A stretch of DNA of 63,055 nt, filler included, from Thraustochytrium aureum (Eukaryota), in NCBI GenBank assembly GCA_012862495.1. It is 7 parts of 5 records of this genome, joined end to end, with 100 filler letters (N's around TTAATTAATTAA, not from the genome) between each part and the next. Parts side by side here need not be neighbours in the genome. Positions count along the whole stretch, not along the records: positions 25,175 to 36,663 come from BLSG01000120.1; positions 36,764 to 41,180 come from BLSG01000120.1; positions 41,281 to 44,663 come from BLSG01000121.1; positions 44,764 to 50,802 come from BLSG01000121.1; 3 more parts are not named here. One strand, written 5' to 3'. The position numbers and the translations under genes are program-made. Numbering within the stretch: the stretch's first letter is position 1; each line of letters starts with the position of its first letter. A model generated the notes under the pieces. That model saw nothing but the letters and a program-made list of their open reading frames with translations, was not told the DNA's origin and did no database searches. Below are positions 36,406 to 48,709 of the stretch, one piece after another.

Positions 36406-36663
36406 ATGACGGGCATCAGCCAGCTCGCGCACCAAAATATTGCGCGGCGGCGCGGGCGGCCCCCGCTGCCGCCGCCAGGGGTCCGCCCTCCTGATGTCAA
36501 CAAGCCGCCGCCACGCTCACCGCCACCACCCGGCGGCAAGGCGGGGGGAGGTGCGCCAGGGCATTCGCCGCTGCCGCCGCCGAAGGTGCAAAACCAAAAT
36601 GCAGCAGGAGCTCGCTAACCGGCTGATGACCGCCGCGACAGGTGGGCAAGTGAGCCCGAGGTC
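36406..36663 (+). CDS. Possible 5' end of a proline-rich protein, truncated by linker
   Basis: ATG-initiated PPLPPP/PPPP ORF with a possible GTGAGC donor near the contig end. Confidence 0.3.
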
Positions 36664-39600
36664 NNNNNNNNNNNNNNNNNNNNNNNNNNNNNNNNNNNNN
36701 NNNNNNNTTAATTAATTAANNNNNNNNNNNNNNNNNNNNNNNNNNNNNNNNNNNNNNNNNNNNCGCCACCACGATTCACTGATGAGGTGCGCCCTGCGTC
36801 GAGTAGGGCAGAGGAGTACTCTGCTCGAGTACTTACCGGTACCTCATACCACCTCATGTACCTACCTACCTCGCTGCGAGCCAGCTCCACTGGAACTTAT
36901 CCTGTGACGTCGTTGAGCGCCCCAGCGCCTGCCTGCCTGCGTCGCAGCTCGTTCATGCCAAGAGGATGCAAGCCTGAGCCGAGAGAAAGAGCCAGAAGGC
37001 CAGCTGCGGAAGAAGGCAGGGGCAGGGGTCCGGGCAAGGTACCTTCTGCTTGTCGCGGTAGCGCGGGTAACGGCGCGATCCCGTTACCGTGTCGTTCTCC
37101 AAGCTCTAGCTCTAGCAGAGAGACCAATCAATGCCCGGGTTTGAACCCCATCACCCGCTTGCCTTGTCCGTTCGAACGCCGTGCATTCCGCAAGTCGTCC
37201 GCGAGCAGGATCCCCCTCCTTGCTGTCCTGGCATCGCAGCCGCTCCCCGTAGAGAACAGAGGAGCTGAGGTCTGGAAGAGGTAGCCCTCTCGCGGAGCTG
37301 GCGCGAGGTCAAGCAAGCCATGGCTTGAGCCTTGCGCTGGCGACGACTCTCCCCGACACGTGAGCACCGGCAATGGCGACCGACCCGTGCTCACCCCCGT
37401 TCCAGTTTCTCGTAGGTCTTTCGCCTGAGACTCACTCGAGCGTCACGCGCTCTCGGGACACCCCCTAAAGTGAGAAAAAAAGTGAAAAAGAGGAATGAAA
37501 AACCTTGGAAAAACGCAGAAACCGTCGGCTCGCCACACATCTGTTCTCGGCCGCGCATGTACACCGAGCAGGTCCTCCCTCCTCCCTCCATGCACGCACG
37601 CACGCGCGAGCTGACAGGCTGATCTCTCGGCTTGGCATGCACGTCGTAGCGTGCCGGTAAGGCAAGTCGCCGTATACACGCTGTGCGAGTGAATGCTTGA
37701 CGCGAGCGGATGCACGCACGAACGCACGCCAGCCAGCCCGCCCCATCGCTCGCTCGGCGCTCGCTCGCTCGCTCGCTCCCGGCACACGAGGTGGTTGCCA
37801 AGAAAGAAAGAAAGCCAGAGCGCCGAGAGCAGGGTGTGAGCTGGCACATGCTCAAAGACGTACGTGGACCAAGTTCTTGATCAGGAGGCGACATGTGCGC
37901 CTGCCAGGGCTTCGGCCTGCGCTTGGTTGGTACTCACTCTACTGTGCCCAGCGCGCGTCAGGGGCCATGAATGAATGAAATGAAACATCAGGGCTCGCGC
38001 AGGAACACCAGCAGAGACAGGGCAGGACAGGGCGGGCACGAGCGGTGTCTCCCAGCCGGAGGCGACGCGTTGCGGCAAGATCCGGATCTGTGAGGAAAGG
38101 CGGTCGGCAACTGTTGCTGCCGTTATTACCGCTGCCCAAACGCCACTTTCACTCGCCGGCCCGGACCAAGCAGCGCAGGAGGACCGTCCGCCTCCCCACG
38201 CTCCTGAGAGGGCTCCTGAGAGGGCCCCCGCGCGTCTGTCCGCCTGAGCGGACGCGAGGTCTCAGAAGAAGCAATGACATCGCACCATCAAGCACAGCTC
38301 GGCAGGGGAAAGAAAGAAAGAGCGCCCGCCGCCAGCCAGCGCCGTCGGCTTCGGTTGCCAACAAGGCGAGTCGAGTTCAGATTTTGCTCTCGCGCGGCTT
38401 GAACGCTCCACTCGGAGTCGTTGGCTTCGTGATGCGAATTTCCTCGGTGGGCTTGCGCATAATAATGTTGCCCATGCACCAACCATGCACCGAGCAGGCC
38501 GAGCGTGCCGGGCCGAATCGAGCGGCGACAGGCGGCAGACGTGGCGTCCTGTGAGGGTCCTGCTTCTTTCCGTCGGCTTTTTCCGAACTACCACTCTTCA
38601 GAGCGCTATACCTTCAACGAGGATGCCTCCCAGGAGTATACATGAGCGAGCTCTTGTGAGTTTGGCACGCGTGCGTGCGCTGATGCCGAGTGGGACGGAC
38701 TCTCGTCTCGCCTCGCCTCGCCTGCCTCGCTTACACTCGAGAGTCGATGAGTGGTTGCTTGTTTCGGAGAGAAGCTGACTGCCACCGGCACCGCAGCAAT
38801 GGCTTTCAAGGTCGCTGCGCTCAGTTTTCAGAGTAAAGTCCTTCCCTTGCTCCGCACAGCACCAAGCCCATCGTCTCGCCAGCGCGCGTGGCACAAGCGC
38901 AGGTGGCACCTGATGAGTAGGCGAGTAGAGCCTGACCAGAGCAGGTGACAGCTGCTGAATGAGCAGTACCAAGGAGGACACCAGCTGCCAGTGGCCCCAA
39001 CCAACAACGCATTTTGATGGGGCGATACAATACATACACGCGCTGACGGGTTGGGAGGTCAACAATTCAGAAACAGTGGTTGTAGTACGGCGACAGTCCA
39101 GAACGCGAAGAGCCCAAACTTTTGCCAACGCTGCCCGAGGCACCCCAAACCGGCCAGCTGTGGCTCTTTCAGCGCGCTGGACCGCGACGGCACGAGCATA
39201 CAGTACAGACGACGCGAGCACAAATTTTGCTGCCGCTGCACTCGCCCGCAACTGGCACTTCTCAACCTACCACTTGCCCAAGCGTGCAAATCTAGCTACT
39301 AGTGGCTTGTAGAAGAGCGAGCTCGAGCTCGTGGACCGGGCGCGGAGCCGGCGTCCATTTGCCAACTCCGTGGCNNNNNNNNNNNNNNNNNNNNNNNNNN
39401 NNNNNNNNNNNNNNNNNNNNNNNNNNNNNNNNNNNNNNNNNNNNNNNNNNNNNNNNNNNNNNNNNNNNNNNNNNNNNNNNNNNNNNNNNNNNNNNNNNNN
39501 NNNNNNNNNNNNNNNNNNNNNNNNNNNNNNNNNNNNNNNNNNNNNNNNNNNNNNNNNNNNNNNNNNNNNNNNNNNNNNNNNNNNNNNNNNNNNNNNNNNN

Positions 39601-39894
39601 NNNNNNNNNNNNNNNNNNNNNNNNNNNNNNNNNNNNNNNNNNNNNNNNNNNNNNNNNNNNNNNGGCTGGGCACGTGGCTGCGGCTCTCTTGCGCCGAAGG
39701 CCAGCGCCCAAACTTTACCAAGCGACACCAAACTCTACCAAGTGACAGAATCGTCGTACCTCCGCACCTGGCGAGCGGTCGGAGAACAAAGCCCCAAAGC
39801 ATCAACAAAGCGGTCCTCATCTCCGCAAGGTAGTTCAAGCTTCACCCCGGAAAGCGCCAGTCTACCTGACTCGGGCCGACGGCGCGAGGGGTGA

Positions 39895-41180
39895 TTGAAC
39901 GCTCCGCACGTTTTCGGATTGTACCTGGCGGCAGAGCGTCGTTCCCAATTGGCAACCAGCGCGCTACGCGCAAAGCGAGCGTCTCCCGACGCGCACGAGA
40001 GCCTGCACAAGCAGACCTGGAACGCGATCGGCCAAGGATTTACGCGCACTCGAGCTGATTCGGGGCAGGACGAGCCCGCTCTGGACAGACTATGGCAGCA
40101 GTGCTGCTCGGTACTTGCGACGAGTACCGGAGCTACGTGCGAGAGCCACCTCACAAACGCGCTCTCATGCGACACCACGTGCGCTGCAGCTCCACCGACT
40201 CGATCTCCTCCGCAGCCTTGGCAACAACGGAGGGGGAGAGCGAATTGAGGCCAGCGCAGGCCACAGTCGGGCTTTTGGAACCATGCGCGGCTGGCGGTCC
40301 AGACGACACCACTGATTGCTCCGTGCGCCCGATCCAACGTAGCCACGCGCCTCGACGGCCTTCGCTCGGCGTGCAATGCTCCCCCTTTGACTTTGATGAC
40401 AGCCCCGACCTCTGGACCTTTGACGAGGTCGCCACGGCCCCGACGGCTCCGGACAAGTCTGAGAACGAGGAAAGCCAGACGCAACCTTTCGCAACAGCCA
40501 GCCCAAAGGGCGGAGAAACCTTCCCCGCCGGCCCGCAAGCTGCCCCACGTTCCAGCCGGCCGAGGCGACTACCTGCGGCGACCGCCCAACACCGCGATTC
40601 TGCTGGTGGCCACAGCTACAGCCCAGTCGCTCGCAGTGCGCAAGAGGCAAGCTCCCATCATTTTCACGGACCACCCTCCAACGCGGCGCGGTATCGCGCC
40701 GAGGCTCAGGCGACGAGGTCCAGCCCCTTCGCGCAGTTTTACACCAGCGTTCCCGCCTCCGTTCCAGGCTTAGTGCCCTTCCCTGTGCAGGTAGGGATGG
40801 TCCAGAACCACCAAAGGCACCCCCATCCATTCGCGCAAACGCGCAGACCCGCGCACGTGCAAGCGCAGCATGGAGAGCAGGCCCCGTTCATAACGCACAG
40901 CCCGCTGAGCCAGAACTCTAGCGCCAGTGCCGGGTTTGGCGCGAACTCGTCGGTTGCACCGTGCTACGGCGCGCCGCCGTTCGCGGCGGGGCAAACCCAG
41001 CTGGCGCCTCCACACCAGGAAGAGCCAGGCAGAGGCACCAAGCGCTCTCGCTCAGCCGCAACGCAGTGGACGCTGGCCATGCACCTTGCAATCCTGGAGC
41101 ACACTGCTAGAAGGCTAGAAAACAGCGAGCGCAACGTCCGCAACTGGAAGCGCTGCGCAGCGGACTGGAACGCCACGCAC
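39895..41180 (+). CDS. Hypothetical protein fragment with Myb/SANT-like Trp spacing (frame uncertain)
   Basis: KQTWNAIGQGF..LDRLWQQ and KRSR..QWTLAMHLAIL..NWKRCAADWN flank a low-complexity linker, but they lie in different frames. Confidence 0.3.
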
Positions 41181-41280
41181 NNNNNNNNNNNNNNNNNNNN
41201 NNNNNNNNNNNNNNNNNNNNNNNNTTAATTAATTAANNNNNNNNNNNNNNNNNNNNNNNNNNNNNNNNNNNNNNNNNNNN

Positions 41281-42761
41281 GGATGGGCCCACAGCGGAGG
41301 ACGTAAGCGTCGGCCGAGCGAGGCCAAGACGTACAGCGTGGTGCTGATGCGGCTTGACGCGGCCAAGTGGCCGGCGATGCTGGTCGCCCTCTCGATGACA
41401 CTGTTCTCGAGGCGGGTCCAGTACGTGGTGACCCTGGACGCCGAGCGGCTTGGCAATGCGACGGGCGCCAGCGCCCTCCTCCTGAACCTCGGACCTGGCG
41501 AGACGCTCCTTGTCGACTACATCCGGTGGGTCCTCGTATTCGGTGCCCTGGCGGGGGGCGCCATCTGGCTCGAAAATGCGGTGCACTCTTACGCGGCAGC
41601 GACGGAAAAGCTGATCAACGAGCGCAGGTCGCGGCAAGCGGGCTCGTCGCAGCGGACGAGAATCTCGCACCTGTTTTTGGTGGACCTGTTCATCGTCAGG
41701 CTCTTGCTAATATTCTTCCCGACCGTGCGCGTGCAGCACCTCTCGTTCACGCAGGCAGTGCGGACCGCGGCAATGCAGCGAAGCTTTCCCCGCCGCGACT
41801 CGCACTCCGTCAAGGCCGGCGTTCACTTGCTCGAGTTCCACAAAGACCTCGAGTTGGAGCGTACGCAGGCCTCCCTGACCCTGGGCCTGCTGCACTGCTC
41901 CACAGTGGCGCTCATTTTGATCTTGACCACGAAGAGCACCTTGCGGTTGTCCGAGCCTGCGCAAGAGTGGATGTCGCGCCTGTTCAATGCGGCCTGTATC
42001 CTGCGCGTCTTTGCGCCGTGCGCGTCGGCGGCCAATGTAATCATCGCGGACCTCTTGGCGCGAACCGGGTCCGATCCGGCCACGCAAGACTCGTTCGGCG
42101 TCGTGGCCAAAGGCGTGCAAGGGACCTTTTGGTTCCTCACCGTGCTTTCCGTCCTGAGCGCGCTCGGCTTTGACATGAGCTCTTACCTTGCGGGACTTGG
42201 GATTAGCAGCATCGCGGCGGCGTTCGCGGCGCAGACCACGTTGAAAGAGCTCTTCAGCACGGTGTCCTTACTTGCGGACCGCCCTTTCGGGGTTGGCGAC
42301 GGCGTGCGGTTCAATGGGGTTGAGGCGACCGTGTTGCACATCGGCTTTCGCTCGACCCACATGCGGACGATATACAGCGGCGAGACCATGATTGTCCCGA
42401 ATAGCGACCTGACCCGCGGCGTTGTTTTCAACAGGTCTCAGATGGAGGTGAGGCGGGTCAAGCAGCGCTTCTTCGTTAGCCTTCGGCGATCGTCTGCTCA
42501 GCAGCTTGACGAGGTGCCCGGGATCGTTGAGCAGGCTTGCGAAAGCTCGGTGACAGGGACGTTTGTGTACTGCCACCTTATGGAGCTCGCTTTAGAGGGC
42601 GCTGCTTTGAGTACGTGTTCCTTGTCCAAGGGAACGAGAGCCAGGTCTACAAGGACGCACAGCACCTAATCAACTTGCACCTCATCCGCGGCCTCGAGGA
42701 GCGGGGCCTTGAGCTGGCCCGCGCGCCCTGTCTGGAGTGCCGCAAGGCGCTCCCGACGTAG
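41281..42761 (+). CDS. Small-conductance mechanosensitive channel (MscS family), 5'-truncated, frameshift near 42598
   Basis: LAGLGISSIAAAFAAQTTLKELF, ADRPFGVGD, VLHIGFRSTHMRT, GETMIVPNS; several upstream TM segments. Confidence 0.9.
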
Positions 42762-44763
42762 GTAAAATTGAAAAAGCAAATGAAAAGTATTNNNNNNNNN
42801 NNNNNNNNNNNNNNNNNNNNNNNNNNNNNNNNNNNNNNNNNNNNNNNNNNNNNNNNNNNNNNNNNNNNNNNNNNNNNNNNNNNNNNNNNNNNNNNNNNNN
42901 NNNNNNNNNNNNNNNNNNNNNNNNNNNNNNNNNNNNNNNNNNNNNNNNNNNNNNNNNNNNNNNNNNNNNNNNNNNNNNNNNNNNNNNNNNNNNNNNNNNN
43001 NNNNNNNNNNNNNNNNNNNNNNNNNNNNNNNNNNNNNNNNNNNNNNNNNNNNNNNNNNNNNNNNNNNNNNNNNNNNNNNNNNNNNNNNNNNNNNNNNNNN
43101 NNNNNNNNNNNNNNNNNNNNNNNNNNNNNNNNNNNNNNNNNNNNNNNNNNNNNNNNNNNNNNNTTTCTGATCCCAGAGGCCAGGTCATCAAGCACGAGCA
43201 CGACCCGAAGCCTACCCACCAGCTCTCGCAGCGAGCGCGCAGCCCGTGTTCTTCTCGGTGTAAATATGGATAACTAGTAGGTTTGTTTTCACGCCGACCA
43301 GGCACTACACCTGGCCTCAACTGACGCGCATGAGTCGATTTCTCGTCCTTGAAGAACACGAGGCCGCGCGTGCTGCGGGCTCGACAAGACCAAGGAGGCC
43401 TTCCCCGAACACACCAAAACCCCCCGCAAGTTCGCTTTGCTCCACGCAAACGTACCGCATATATATACAAGCAAGAGCAGGGCTATCCGCGCCTCCAGAG
43501 TCCCGCCGAGGGTTTTCTGAACGGACCAAGCACTGTTATGACGACCAAGCGGAGACGTGCACGCTAAAGTCAGCTCGCCCCCGAGAAGAAGCGCCCAACC
43601 CCACCCCACCTCCCCCTCAGAGGCGCCTTCGTCGGGCCGCAAAAGTGCCGCGCATAGCCGAGCGCTCGAGACAGATGCATCGTCAGCTAGGTTATCGACA
43701 TAAATCTTCCGGGACAGCCGCGGGGGTTTGAGGTATGCCCTTTCTCTGCCTTGCGACAAAGAGGGGAATACAACCCTCGCGGCGGCACCCGGCCGAAGTT
43801 GCAATTCTGACCCTTAGGAAAGCTTGATGATCTCATATGCCCTGTCCTGCACCTGTGGAAGGCAAACACAAGTCACGTTAGCCAACACTCTCAAGCAAGA
43901 GAAAGCGCTCGCACCGCATCTCTGCGACAACACCTATGCGCCCTGGGGGGGGCTCTCGCAAGAGGCCCCAAAGGCACGTTCGATGCTGCAGCAGCGCTGC
44001 CCCGCGAAGGGGCCGACGTGGGAGAGTTGTTCAGACCCCGCCACGCCACGTCGATGTCTCTCCCTGGAACGGGCTACGCCACATTGTGAGCAGCGCAACC
44101 AACTTAAGAGAGATTCGTGGTGGTGGCCCGATTGCCGCCGCCGCCTCCTCCACAGCCGCAAAGCAAACCAAGCATACGCACGCACGCACAGACGCGCGCG
44201 ACGCTGAATATGTGCCGCCGCTTTCCCAGCCTGGTCGCGATGGAAAACCACGCCAGTCAGAATACGACGAGGTTGTCTTGCGTGGTATCAAAGCACTATG
44301 GAGTAGGATATCTCCGTTCGTGTGATCGTATATATACCCGCGTCCGTTCCGCCGCCTCCACCCGCACCTAGCTGACGCGCACAGTCGCTCCAACAACGTA
44401 CCTTGCGAGTCCCGAGAAAGCGCCGTCCGAGGCCCGCGCCGTCGCCGAACGACAAGCAGGCTGTCCGCCGCGGCGGCCTGCGTGCGCGCCCTGGCCGGGC
44501 GCGCCCGACTTTGGCTGTAAAGAAGCCTGCGACCGCCATAGCGATGTTGCTTTCGCACCCCTACTGACCACACAGAGCCACCAGAGGTCTCAGTCGGAGA
44601 TACTGGGTGCTACCGCGCCAGCTTGGAACGCCTGCTGGTCGCCGCCGTGCTGGCCGCCGCCGTNNNNNNNNNNNNNNNNNNNNNNNNNNNNNNNNNNNNN
44701 NNNNNNNTTAATTAATTAANNNNNNNNNNNNNNNNNNNNNNNNNNNNNNNNNNNNNNNNNNNN

Positions 44764-45186
44764 AAGGCCCTCGCGCAGGCCGTTCTGGACGAGTGTGATG
44801 GGCCGGAGCCCAACTTTCGACTCTTGTACGAAGACGATCTCCCGCTCGCCGCCAAGGTGGAGCGTGTGGCGACGGAGATTTACAGGGCGGCAGGGGTCGA
44901 CATTGCGAAGGAGGCCAAGGCCAAGCTCGCAAAGTTTGAGAAAATGGGATTTGGGCACTTGCCCATCTGCGTGGCGAAGACGCAGTACAGCTTCAGCGAC
45001 GACCCTTCGTTGCTTGGGGCGCCAGAGGGGCACACGCTTCATGTGCAGGATGTGCGTCTGGCCGCAGGAGCCGAGTTTATTGTGGTTCTGACGGGCAGTG
45101 TCATGACAATGCCGGGTCTTCCCAAGCGGCCCGCTGCGCTGGACATCTCCGTGGATGCGGATGGGGAGATTGTCGGTCTCTTTTGA
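44764..45186 (+). CDS. Formate--tetrahydrofolate ligase domain, C-terminal fragment
   Basis: LPICVAKTQYSFSDDPSLLGAP, VRLAAGAEFIV, VMTMPGLPKRPAA, GEIVGLF*. Confidence 0.95.
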   Translation, partial: KALAQAVLDECDGPEPNFRLLYEDDLPLAAKVERVATEIYRAAGVDIAKEAKAKLAKFEKMGFGHLPICVAKTQYSFSDDPSLLGAPEGHTLHVQDVRLAAGAEFIVVLTGSVMTMPGLPKRPAALDISVDADGEIVGLF

Positions 45187-45450
45187 CCACCCTGCTTCGT
45201 CGCGGTGAGCGGAGGCGGCGAGCGCCAACCTCGCTTTCGGCAAAGTCACGGGCTGAGCCGGCGAGTGCCAAGAACTTTTGGATGCATTCGCACTTTTAAA
45301 GACAACGAGAACTTTACCATGTCCTCCAATTACTTGGCTTCATAACCTGCGCGTTGCGACGTGGTGCGGTACGAAAGGGCACCTGCGTGCCTTGTAGCGA
45401 GCCTCGGCACTCTACAACTCCGCGGCACTCTCTCCCTCGGCGCTTGCTCT

Positions 45451-48400
45451 TCAACTTTTCACCAGCGAAGTGCTCGCCTCAAGTGTGACGTCTTGTGCGT
45501 TCACGACCTCGTCGGTGGCGCTCTTGACGGGCACGCAACTCAAAGAATCCTCGTGGTTGGCGCTCTTGACGGGCACGCAACTCAAAGAATCCGGCGCGGC
45601 CTGGCGATCGCTTCCAGAGCCAGCCTTTGGCGACTTGGCGTCTGCGTCTTTCGGTCCAGGCGCGAGTTTACAAGCCCCGTCGTGAGCCACAGCGCTCTGC
45701 GTTGAGCTGGTGCTCTTGGGTTCCGATCCGCACAAGTCTGCAGAATCCGGGCTGCTGACGCCGCACGCGCTGAGAGCATTGGCAGACTGCAAGCGAAGCG
45801 CGGCATTCTCCTCTTCGAGCGACTTGAGTCTGCCAACGAGCTGCTTGATGCGTTCGCATTTGCAAATCCTGAAACATTTTGATTTGTGCCGCGTCGTTCG
45901 AGGCTACAGTCGCCTTCGAGGTCACCTGAACCCCCCCCCGCCACCGTCGCTGTTCCGGCCACCGTTCCGTTTGAGCGAATCCATCACCGACTCGCCGCCA
46001 AGTCCTTTACGCTGAAAGTAAATCTTGGGCAGAAACAAAAAGCACAGAACGCCAAAGTCGCTCAAGAAGAAGAGCAGAGCCAGTACGAGGAATCGCGCAA
46101 TGGGGTCGTCGCCGACCGCCGCGAGCATAGGAGCGCCGAGGATCAAGAGCTCGAAAGAGGCGAAGCACATTATCGCCACGTAGCGACCCTCCTGATACCG
46201 GCTGTTGATGTTGCGGACCTTGCTCAAGAAAACGTTGACAAGCACGATCAGGAGCACGTGCAGAGCAATGAGCGCCCCGATATAAGCCCACGGGTGTTGC
46301 GAGTTGCACAGTCCAACGGTCTGCACGACAATCACGTCGAGTTCCAAGTCCCGCTCTGAGCTCACGTGAAACCGCTCATACCGGAGCGGGTCTTCGAGCG
46401 TCCACGTCGTCAGAATCACAGCCTCGAGGAAAAAGCTGGTGAACACCACGCGAAACACATCGCCCGTGGAGATCCTCACCCGTTGCAGCTTTTCGTTGTT
46501 CACGTACTTGTGTAGCCGAAAGGTCTTGGCCAGGAGGCTGCTCATCTGCAGCGAAAAGCCAATGCTGTACAGCCAGGGGACGGCCATGCAGGCCATGTCC
46601 AGGCCGGCGCTCGGGCTCCTCTCCGCCGAAGCTCAGAGGGATGATCGCAGAAGTTGAGATCACGGTCCCAACAAGCACCAGTGCCAAGAACGTTGTCTGG
46701 CTTACCCGGACGACAGGGTCTTCCTGAATCGCACGACCCAGAAAAGCAGAGCCGCGGCGAAGAGCCAGTTTATCGCGACGCAAAGNNNNNNNNNNNNNNN
46801 NNNNNNNNNNNNNNNNNNNNNNNNNNNNNNNNNNNNNNNNNNNNNNNNNNNNNNNNNNNNNNNNNNNNNNNNNNNNNNNNNNNNNNNNNNNNNNNNNNNN
46901 NNNNNNNNNNNNNNNNNNNNNNNNNNNNNNNNNNNNNNNNNNNNNNNNNNNNNNNNNNNNNNNNNNNNNNNNNNNNNNNNNNNNNNNNNNNNNNNNNNNN
47001 NNNNNNNNNNNNNNNNNNNNNNNNNNNNNNNNNNNNNNNNNNNNNNNNNNNNNNNNNNNNNNNNNNNNNNNNNNNNNNNNNNNNNNNNNNNNNNNNNNNN
47101 NNNNNNNNNNNNNNNNNNNNNNNNNNNNNNNNNNNNNNNNNNNNNNNNNNNNNNNNNNNNNNNNNNNNNNNNNNNNNNNNNNNNNNNNNNNNNNNNNNNN
47201 NNNNNNNNNNNNNNNNNNNNNNNNNNNNNNNNNNNNNNNNNNNNNNNNNNNNNNNNNNNNNNNNNNNNNNNNNNNNNNNNNNNNNNNNNNNNNNNNNNNN
47301 NNNNNNNNNNNNNNNNNNNNNNNNNNNNNNNNNNNNNNNNNNNNNNNNNNNNNNNNNNNNNNNNNNNNNNNNNNNNNNNNNNNNNNNNNNNNNNNNNNNN
47401 NNNNNNNNNNNNNNNNNNNNNNNNNNNNNNNNNNNNNNNNNNNNNNNNNNNNNNNNNNNNNNNNNNNNNNNNNNNNNNNNNNNNNNCACTGCAAGCGTCA
47501 GCATCGCGCGGCGAATCGACTCGTACGAGTTGTCGAGCTCAGCAGAAACGCTCGGCTCGTTGGCCCCTCGAAAGTAAAACTCGAGCAGGGAAGACAGGAC
47601 GGAGACAGCGGCGTACGAAGCCACGCTGTCGTACGTGGGCTCGTAGCCGAACTTTGCCTGCTGGTAGGTGAGCAGGACAGACCCGTTCGAAAAGTGCTGA
47701 TCGCCGTAGGGAAACTGCGCATGCCACTGGCCCCCTCCCGTCATGAATGCAGTCTCCTCCGGGCGGGACAGTCCCCATGCCCACAACGTGTTGGTCATCC
47801 AGATGGCGGAGGGCTGGCACCCATTCTCCTTCCAGCGCGCGAGGATAGTGTCAGTCTCAAGATCTGTCTCCACGCAGGCAAACAATGCGCGCTGCTCGTC
47901 GTCGTGGCCCGCGCAGAGCTGATCTGCCAGGCGCTTTAGCGTCTCCGGGTCTTCCTCGTTGCGAACCCCGTTGCCGTTCTCGTCGGCAAAGGGGTCGTAG
48001 GATACAAACCTTTGCAAGTCGAGGCCAAAGCCAACGGCGGTGCTTGCCGCGGCGGAGCACGTCGAGTTGAAGAAGGAAGACTGTGTCCGAGTGAGCACGC
48101 CGACTGCGCTGCGAGGGGCAGCGAACGCGATGCCTTGCAGCGGAGCAGTGGCGTACTCGTCTGAGGAGATGTGGAGCCCGAACACGTACAGAAACTCGTC
48201 GCTGTAAAAGCTCGGCGGGCCTACTTGCGCGAGCAGGATGCGCCGCTGTCGCTCCACCACTTGGCGCTCCACAGCGCTCTGCTGCGAGCAAGTGCCTACG
48301 ACGAAGGCCACCTTGAGAGTTGTGTCGTTAAGCAACCTTTCCAGAACTTGGGCGTGTCGCTCCGCGTACGAGACCGGGTCAGCAGCCGGGTTTCCGGCGA

Positions 48401-48709
48401 CAGCTGAGACGATTCCGAACCGAACGAATGCGTTGCCCAAAAAGCCGAGCTGCACCCCGCGCCCGCCGTTGAGAGTGTTGAGCGCGAGGACACTGGTCAT
48501 TGCCCCGTCCCGGTGGTCGCGACACGACGTGGGGGTCACTTGCGCGAGGACGACCTGCGTTACATTCTCACTTGGTGAATCGCCAGGAAGCTCGTTGTAA
48601 AGCAAGCACGGCGCGACGTCCCCGCGGCTTTCGGAGAGGGCCAAGCTTGACCTGTTGCACTCTGGAAACTGTGCTCGCGTCGAGGCGAGCCCCAGAACGG
48701 CGAGCAGAG
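45451..48709 (-). CDS. Class C (GABA-B-like) GPCR: periplasmic-binding/Venus-flytrap-like ectodomain, 7TM, coiled-coil tail (gaps, frameshifts)
   Basis: Signal-like LLAVLGLASTRA and an ectodomain with QWH..Y..FGYEPTY. 7tm_3 motifs VVRVSQTTFL, ACMAVPWLYSIGF..LLAKTFR, WTLEDPLRYER, YQEGRYV, LFLPK. Tail LKSLEEENAALR. Confidence 0.82.
45516..45592. repeat. 42-bp-period direct repeat (35 bp identical) encoding DSLSCVPVKSA x2 on the minus strand
   Basis: tggcgctcttgacgggcacgcaactcaaagaatcc at 45516 and 45558. Confidence 0.9.

Noticed and set aside
43165..44663. RNA gene or transposon in ORF-poor stretches (also 36764-39370)
   Set aside because: No tRNA, rRNA or snRNA signature, terminal repeat, or transposase/RT motif recognised by eye. 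An Infernal/RepeatMasker run would be needed to exclude them.
4469..46615. Programmed ribosomal frameshifting or mass pseudogenisation
   Set aside because: Shifts go in both directions, share no slippery motif, sit at homopolymers, and catalytic motifs are intact. Sequencing error is the simpler explanation.
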